Of a stretch of DNA of 64,000 nucleotides, positions 58,667 to 64,000 are shown piece after piece. Where the stretch lies: assembly GCA_964605525.1 (NCBI GenBank), contig CAZSCV010000002.1:69888-133887 (forward strand), read 5' to 3'. The position numbers and the translations under genes were made by a program. The DNA is from an uncultured Bdellovibrionales bacterium. GTDB lineage: Bacteria; Patescibacteriota; Minisyncoccia; Moranbacterales; UBA9337. The notes beneath the pieces were generated by a model. The model saw only the letters and a list, made by a program, of their open reading frames with translations, did not search any database and was not told the origin of the DNA. Position 1 is the first letter of the stretch. Every line of letters starts with the position of its first letter.

Positions 58667-59179
58667 TATTCTCCATGGTTGCATGTTGTTAAAAGATAAT
58701 TTACGATACCAAACAACATAAGATACTAGCATATGAAATAAATAATAGCAAGGCAATGTGTAGTTGATTGGCTAGATTTTGGCTAAAATAAAGACCAATA
58801 AGGAGTTTTGGGTTTTGGGCATTCACCCCTGACCCCTCTGCCCAAAATCCAAAACAAAAATCAAATTTTCTTAGTAATAAAACAAAGTTTAAACCAATAA
58901 AAATCGAGATAAAAAATTTACATCGCATATGATTAAATATGTTAGGCGACGGAGCTAAAACTCCAACACGGCGATCCATAGCCCGCGTCATAGCCCGCGA
59001 CTGTTAAAAGCATACCAAATATGGTATGCTTTTAGTATACGAACACCAAATATCTGGTTTCACAAAAGAAAAATTTAACGGATATTTTTTATTTTTAATT
59101 GGCTCTTTTTAATTTTTTAAAAAAAGAAGTGTCTACACATGATATACACATGAGACACTCATAGATTACTCGGACAATC

Positions 59180-59437
59180 TTATTGCAGTCCGACCACTGA
59201 CTTTACTGCGATTACCCATGTTGAGTGCGAGGTAAAATGTGATGTCTTGAGTGCAGGATCTGGTTCTGACAGATTCTCCGCAGTTGAATCACTGGTCTTT
59301 TTGTAAAGATTGTGATTGACCTGCTTTTCTTCGTGCCAAAACATCATTCCGAAGCGTCCTCCAAACACTTCGTAGATTACAAAAAGGTCACCTACTGCCA
59401 AATCATCAAACTCCGGAAAACGCTTTTTCTTTTCCAT
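59180..59437 (-). CDS. hypothetical protein (85 aa)
   Basis: RBS AGGAGGAG 7 nt upstream on the minus strand. Confidence 0.45.
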   Translation of the reverse strand: MEKKKRFPEFDDLAVGDLFVIYEVFGGRFGMMFWHEEKQVNHNLYKKTSDSTAENLSEPDPALKTSHFTSHSTWVIAVKSVVGLQ

Positions 59438-59774
59438 CTTACTCCTCCTTGTTTGTTGTCAGAAATTTATGAAATTCATTGACTCAGCACTATACTCCAA
59501 AACCAAGAAAAAGTCAATCCCCGCGCCTTTAAAAAATTAAAAAGAGCCTTTATTTAATGTAAATATTCGTTAAATTTTTCTTTTGTTCCACCCAAATTCC
59601 GCGCTTTACGCTGGTTATAATCCAAAGTATAATTAAACTAATAAACCAAGAAGAATATCAAGGTTTTGTGCCATTAAACCAGTGCTAAACTTCAGATATT
59701 TGGATACGTTATCTGATGTTTATTTTTATATAATGCAATTATTGGGGGATATTTATTTTTTAACCCAGAATTCA

Positions 59775-60086
59775 ATGAAGAATAAACAAGGATATATTTT
59801 TGTTGGACTAGCATCTCTGCTCTGGACATCAACCGCAGCAGTTAGTAAATTGCTTCTTGCTCATTTGAACGCCAGTACGGAAAAAATACCAGTCGCGGAC
59901 GCTTCTTTTGAATATATAGTGGAATTTGACTTGAGCGAAATGAGCAAATTGAAATATAAAAAATATATATTAAAGCAACGAAAATTAATTAACGAATCGG
60001 CTTATTCCGATTATTACAACAAAGAAAAATGTTTGAATCTTTTTGATAGAATAGAAAAAATTATCAACGATGACAGTAACGCTTAG
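59775..60086 (+). CDS. hypothetical secreted/anchored protein (start at internal Met of ORF 59682)
   Basis: MKNKQGYIFVGLASLLWTSTAAVS signal-like N-terminus. Confidence 0.35.
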   Translation: MKNKQGYIFVGLASLLWTSTAAVSKLLLAHLNASTEKIPVADASFEYIVEFDLSEMSKLKYKKYILKQRKLINESAYSDYYNKEKCLNLFDRIEKIINDDSNA

Positions 60087-60165
60087 ATGTAAATATTTTT
60101 TGATCCCACCTCGCTGCGTCGCGTCAATTTTGCGTCTGGCGTGAAATGGGATAAAATTAAAACTA

Positions 60166-61230
60166 ATGTGGATGAAAAATAAAAAAATAATATTCGTTTT
60201 GATTTTCGCCGTTTTGCTTGCGATGGTTTTGATTATTGTCGGCATGGGAAAATTTTCTTCGATGGAGCCGGACGGGGATTTGTCCGGATATGACCGGCGG
60301 GATTTCAATTTCACTTTGGAGCACGACGGAATGGAGCGGTCGTATATCGTCCATATCCCCGCCGGTTATGACAGGAATTCCGAAACGCCTTTGGTCATCG
60401 CCCTCCATGGCGGAGGAGGCGACGCCGCCAACGGTCCGGAATATTTCGGACTGAACCGGACATCCGATGAAAAAGGTTTTATTGTCGCGTATCCGGAAGG
60501 AAGCGGGAAGGAAGTTTTCGGGAAAACATTCGCGACTTGGAATGCGGGCAGGTGTTGCGGCGACGCTTTGCGGGAAAATGTCGATGACGTCGGATTTATT
60601 GCGGCGATGATCGGAAAAATGGAAACGGATTTTAATATCGATGGAAAAAGGATATTCGCGACCGGGATGTCCAACGGCGCGCAGATGGCGTACCGGCTGG
60701 CCTGCGAACTGTCGGGGAAAATCGCGGCGATCGCGCCCAGCGGTTCGCAAGGGACGTTTGATGATTGCCAGCCGGAAAGAGCGGTTCCGGTTTTCCACAT
60801 CCAGGGAAAGGCCGATCCTTGCAGTCCGTATTGGGGCGGGACGTGCGGAAGGTGTATGGCTGATTTCTGGCGGAAAATCGGCGTGCCGGCCCGTTATGAC
60901 GATTGGCAATGCGTTTCCATACCGGACTATGTCGATAAGTGGCGGACGATGAACGGCTGTTCCGAAAAAACAAATATAACTTTCAGAAACGGAGGCGCGG
61001 TCTGTTCGACATATGAAGGTTGCCAGCAGGATGCGGACGTGACCTTGTGCGCGGTTGACGGCTTGGGGCACAATTGGGCGGGAAGGGAAGGCTATAGCGT
61101 CCAAGCCTGCGAAACGGACCCGAGCGGAAAAGTATGCCAAGAGTGGGAAAGCGCCGTCGGTCCGTTAAGTCAAGACCTTCCGGCCAATGAAAAAATTTGG
61201 GAATTTTTTGAAAAGCACCCGCTGCCTTAA
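60166..61230 (+). CDS. PHB depolymerase-family esterase (LpqC/COG3509-like alpha/beta hydrolase), about 57% GC
   Basis: RSYIVHIPAGYDRNSETPLVIALHGGGG...GFIVAYPEG...GMSNGAQMAYRLACE (GxSxG nucleophile elbow); N-terminal TM anchor. Composition strongly foreign to the host. Confidence 0.7.
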   Translation: MWMKNKKIIFVLIFAVLLAMVLIIVGMGKFSSMEPDGDLSGYDRRDFNFTLEHDGMERSYIVHIPAGYDRNSETPLVIALHGGGGDAANGPEYFGLNRTSDEKGFIVAYPEGSGKEVFGKTFATWNAGRCCGDALRENVDDVGFIAAMIGKMETDFNIDGKRIFATGMSNGAQMAYRLACELSGKIAAIAPSGSQGTFDDCQPERAVPVFHIQGKADPCSPYWGGTCGRCMADFWRKIGVPARYDDWQCVSIPDYVDKWRTMNGCSEKTNITFRNGGAVCSTYEGCQQDADVTLCAVDGLGHNWAGREGYSVQACETDPSGKVCQEWESAVGPLSQDLPANEKIWEFFEKHPLP

Positions 61231-61232
61231 TA

Positions 61233-62729
61233 TCAATACATCAGCACCGCTACCGGTTGCATTTTGGCTACTGATTTTATGATCTTATTTTCTTCCATTC
61301 CGGAAATCACTTCCTCGACATCTTTGTAATAGGAGCTGTCTTGTAAGACTACTCCTTTGGAAGCGGCATTGTATAATTTGACATGACGTTTTTCCATTTT
61401 TTCAAATAATTCTTTTTTGCTATGCGCGGCATCTTCTTGGCTTTCGGCGCGTTTTCCTGTTCCATGGCTTGCTGAAAAAAAGGATGAGTCATTTTCATCT
61501 GTTCCCACTCCCAAATAGGCAGGAGTACTCATTGAAGATGGAATGAAAACCGGCTCTCCGGTTTGGGAAAACAGAGGATGATTTTTCATTCTTTGCGGAC
61601 CATCGGCGCTTACAGTTCCATTGCGATGCACCCAAACATCTTCGCCGAAATGATCCTCTTTCCGATTGAAAATATGCGGAGTATCATAGAGCAAATCCAA
61701 TTCAACTTGTCTTCCGAAAACTCTTTCCAAAGCGCGATCCAGATTGTCAGTTAGAACTGCCCGATTGGCAAATCCGAAATTGGCACTGGCTTGGTGGGCG
61801 GTGAGATACATTTTTCCTTCCAGACTGTCCGCTTCGTAGCCCAAAAATTCATCAGAGTTTTGATATTTTTTTATTTTTTCGGCGATATTTTTGTATACTT
61901 GTTTTTTCTGGCTGTCGAAAAATGTTGTTCCAATCTTGAGCATCATTTTTTGACTGAAATGCTCTTTGGTTTTTGGCGTGTACATATATGACGCATATTG
62001 TCCGAAAAGTCCCGAGCCGGTGTGCATCAGAAAAATATATTGTCCGACCTTGAGGTTGAATTTTTCCGCAATTTCATTGTCCTTGATTTCTGTTATTTTC
62101 ATCAAATCCAAAAAGTGATTTCCGGCCGCTCCCAAAATTCCGAGGCGATATTTTCCCACGTGAAAAAAGAATTTCGGAATCGCATCAAAAATATCCCGCT
62201 GGCTGATTTCTGCTGGCACCATATTTCCATTCATTGAGGAATTTTCCAATTCGTTTTTTGTTCGACTTTTCAGGTGAGAAAGCAATGGGTTAATTCCTTT
62301 GTGGGCAATGTCGACTGCCAATTGGTATGGAATCTTATTGCCGACATATTTTTTTGTCGGAATAACCTCGATCAATTCTTTGAAAAGTTCGTCGATTTTT
62401 TCTTCTGTCAGATTCTGGTCATTCAAATCGGTACGCAAAAAACGCATTCCGCAATTAGGGGCGGTATCATTAATCTGAGGAAAGAGATGAGTTTTGCTCA
62501 CCACGATTGTTCCAGTTGGATTTTTGCGTCCCGCCTTGGGATGCACGTCGCTCATTGCGGCAATATGCGAAAAAAGACGCTTGTCTTTTCCGAGGTTTTC
62601 CAGTTGGTCGAAGGTGTGCTGGTTGGGCAAAAGAGCATCCGAAGTGTGAAAAATCACCGGAACACTCATTTCCTTGGTTTGAAATTGCTGAAGATGCGGG
62701 TTTATTTTTTTTGTTTTAGGCATTGACAT
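61233..62729 (-). CDS. rtcB: RtcB-family RNA ligase
   Basis: MSDVHPKAG, GNHFLDL, VWVHRNGTV, HGTGK metal/GTP-binding motifs of RtcB. Confidence 0.8.
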   Translation of the reverse strand: MSMPKTKKINPHLQQFQTKEMSVPVIFHTSDALLPNQHTFDQLENLGKDKRLFSHIAAMSDVHPKAGRKNPTGTIVVSKTHLFPQINDTAPNCGMRFLRTDLNDQNLTEEKIDELFKELIEVIPTKKYVGNKIPYQLAVDIAHKGINPLLSHLKSRTKNELENSSMNGNMVPAEISQRDIFDAIPKFFFHVGKYRLGILGAAGNHFLDLMKITEIKDNEIAEKFNLKVGQYIFLMHTGSGLFGQYASYMYTPKTKEHFSQKMMLKIGTTFFDSQKKQVYKNIAEKIKKYQNSDEFLGYEADSLEGKMYLTAHQASANFGFANRAVLTDNLDRALERVFGRQVELDLLYDTPHIFNRKEDHFGEDVWVHRNGTVSADGPQRMKNHPLFSQTGEPVFIPSSMSTPAYLGVGTDENDSSFFSASHGTGKRAESQEDAAHSKKELFEKMEKRHVKLYNAASKGVVLQDSSYYKDVEEVISGMEENKIIKSVAKMQPVAVLMY

Positions 62730-62864
62730 AAAATTATTTATGTAGTATTATATTGAGTTAATAGAGTTCGTTACCAATTTAAATGGAGGCATTGCTATGA
62801 AATATAATACCATAGTTGCCTCAGAAACGGAAGAATATACTTCATGAAAAATAAAGGAGGGGGG

Positions 62865-63167
62865 ATGAGAAAAACTTGTTTTTTAATCGCGGGGTTGTTG
62901 ATTTTTGTCTGTATCCTTGGGAATAATGCAGATAGTTTTTTTCCCAAGAATAAAGTTGCTAATTTAAACGGAGGGGTTGTTGCGGTCTTCATGACAATCC
63001 CCGATGGGGATATCATTGTTGAAGATCGGGCAAAATATCTCAACCTCCGTCCGGAGGATGAGGTTAGACTGCCTATCTCTGGAAAAATGGTTTCGGTGAA
63101 GTTTATCAACTTTTTCTTTCGCACATTCGACGAGGATGGCGCGGAAGTTTTGAGATCAATTCGATAA
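62865..63167 (+). CDS. small secreted hypothetical protein
   Basis: RBS AAAGGAGGGGGG; MRKTCFLIAGLLIFVCILG signal peptide; start at internal ATG of ORF 62844. Confidence 0.4.
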   Translation: MRKTCFLIAGLLIFVCILGNNADSFFPKNKVANLNGGVVAVFMTIPDGDIIVEDRAKYLNLRPEDEVRLPISGKMVSVKFINFFFRTFDEDGAEVLRSIR

Positions 63168-63199
63168 TCCAGTCGCACAAGCTTCTGGCAAAATTTTAA

Positions 63200-63559
63200 A
63201 TGGGGGGATGGGTTGAGATGAGTATCTGTCAATTTTCATTGGGTATTGTCCTTGCATCAATATTTCTTTGGGTCTCATTGATGTATTTCAGGCGCCCGAA
63301 GGATATCAATGAATGGGGAATTGGTTTCGGAATTTTGGCCGGAATATTAATCTCCGCAGCTATGTTTATTAATAGCTGCCCATTGCGTTATCATTCTCTG
63401 TTGGAAACTGAAATCGTTTCCATGATCGTCGCTTCCACAGGAATAGTCGCGGCGTATATAGCATTACTTATTCTCTTGGTAAGTTGTTTGAGGGAGAGTC
63501 GTACAATAATTGCGCGATTTATGAAAAACGTCCGAAAAAAAGAGGAGGAGGCTTCATGA
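63200..63559 (+). CDS. hypothetical membrane protein (3 TM)
   Basis: Hydrophobic helices; no family. Confidence 0.4.
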   Translation: MGGWVEMSICQFSLGIVLASIFLWVSLMYFRRPKDINEWGIGFGILAGILISAAMFINSCPLRYHSLLETEIVSMIVASTGIVAAYIALLILLVSCLRESRTIIARFMKNVRKKEEEAS

Positions 63560-63894
63560 AAACATGCACAAGAATTTTATTGATTATAGCAGTATGTTTT
63601 ATCTTTTCTGGTTGCGCTTCGAAGTCAACTCTTTATGAACCTTGTGAAGGGGAAATCGGTGAGGATGAGGATGGTGCGGCCATTGGCAGAGTCGCACTCT
63701 TTTCGGTTATTGTTAACGGAGAGAAGGCAACTCTCCGCAATTATGCTCCGGAAACATTGGGTGATCTTCGTCCGGGAGAGGAAGTTTTTTTCACGGATAT
63801 CAATGGTAAAAAAATCATCCAGGCCATTTTTACTGGATACGAAAAGATAATTATAGATGGGGTATCTGAAATCTCCATCCCAGAGGAGGAATAA
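63556..63894 (+). CDS. putative lipoprotein
   Basis: RBS AAGAGGAGGAGG; lipobox-like IFSGC after the signal peptide (start at internal Met of ORF 63484). Confidence 0.45.
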   Translation: MKTCTRILLIIAVCFIFSGCASKSTLYEPCEGEIGEDEDGAAIGRVALFSVIVNGEKATLRNYAPETLGDLRPGEEVFFTDINGKKIIQAIFTGYEKIIIDGVSEISIPEEE

Positions 63895-63897
63895 ACA

Positions 63898-64000
63898 TGA
63901 TATGGAAGGATATTTTAATCTTATTGATTATCTTGATTTTAACATTCGGTCCTTTTGTTTCATGGGTTATATCATTAGATCGTTACGTAAATGGATATCC
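63898..64000 (+). CDS. 5' part of a membrane protein gene continuing beyond the window
   Basis: ATG 4 nt after the previous stop; MIWKDILILLIILILTFGPFVSWV hydrophobic start; truncated by the window edge. Confidence 0.3.

Noticed and set aside
60163-61140. 325-aa ORF on the minus strand
   Set aside because: It lies antisense inside the GC-rich esterase gene. The high-GC, low-stop-frequency composition creates long spurious reverse frames, it has no RBS and no recognisable domains, and the plus-strand gene has clear alpha/beta-hydrolase motifs.

Overview
This is a low-GC (about 33% overall, judged by eye) bacterial segment with compact genes and many polytopic membrane glycosyltransferase-like paralogs, a pattern typical of Candidate Phyla Radiation/Patescibacteria-type genomes. 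The core genes present are ispG, an RNHCP zinc-ribbon protein, DUF4012, an FtsB-like protein, a PpiC foldase, a ferredoxin, HtrA, ClpB, L31, S2-Ts, PSP1/RicT, L33, L28, an S2P protease, an IspA-like prenyl synthase, a P-type ATPase and RtcB. Four stretches look accessory. (1) The tRNA cluster at 19.0-20.6 kb (Thr-UGU, Tyr, Thr-GGU, rpmG, Trp) has the tRNA-Thr(GGU) gene split in its anticodon loop by a 200-nt group I-like intron, and a free-standing LAGLIDADG-like ORF is wedged immediately upstream. (2) A compositionally foreign, higher-GC insertion lies right after tRNA-Trp at 20.56-23.1 kb and is punctuated by a roughly 105-bp repeat family that recurs at 31.8 kb. (3) A 6-kb defense-like island at 24.2-30.25 kb is flanked by short direct repeats. 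It carries an AbrB-like ORF, a Schlafen/AlbA_2-HATPase protein, a tight four-gene operon (Clp-fold serine protease, two membrane proteins, HNH nuclease) and a decayed R-M remnant with vsr; a Fic toxin-like gene at 30.3-31.5 kb lies just outside the right repeat. (4) At 55-61 kb a repeat-rich mosaic contains three copies of a GC-rich, roughly 199-bp hairpin element inserted at a specific target sequence, with an unoccupied target copy present, plus a GC-rich PHB-depolymerase-like esterase. Separately, a 16-kb envelope glycosylation locus at 37.8-54 kb holds two triplicated families of GT-C-like membrane proteins, a GH28 hydrolase, two metallophosphoesterases and a Wzx flippase. No CRISPR array was seen.
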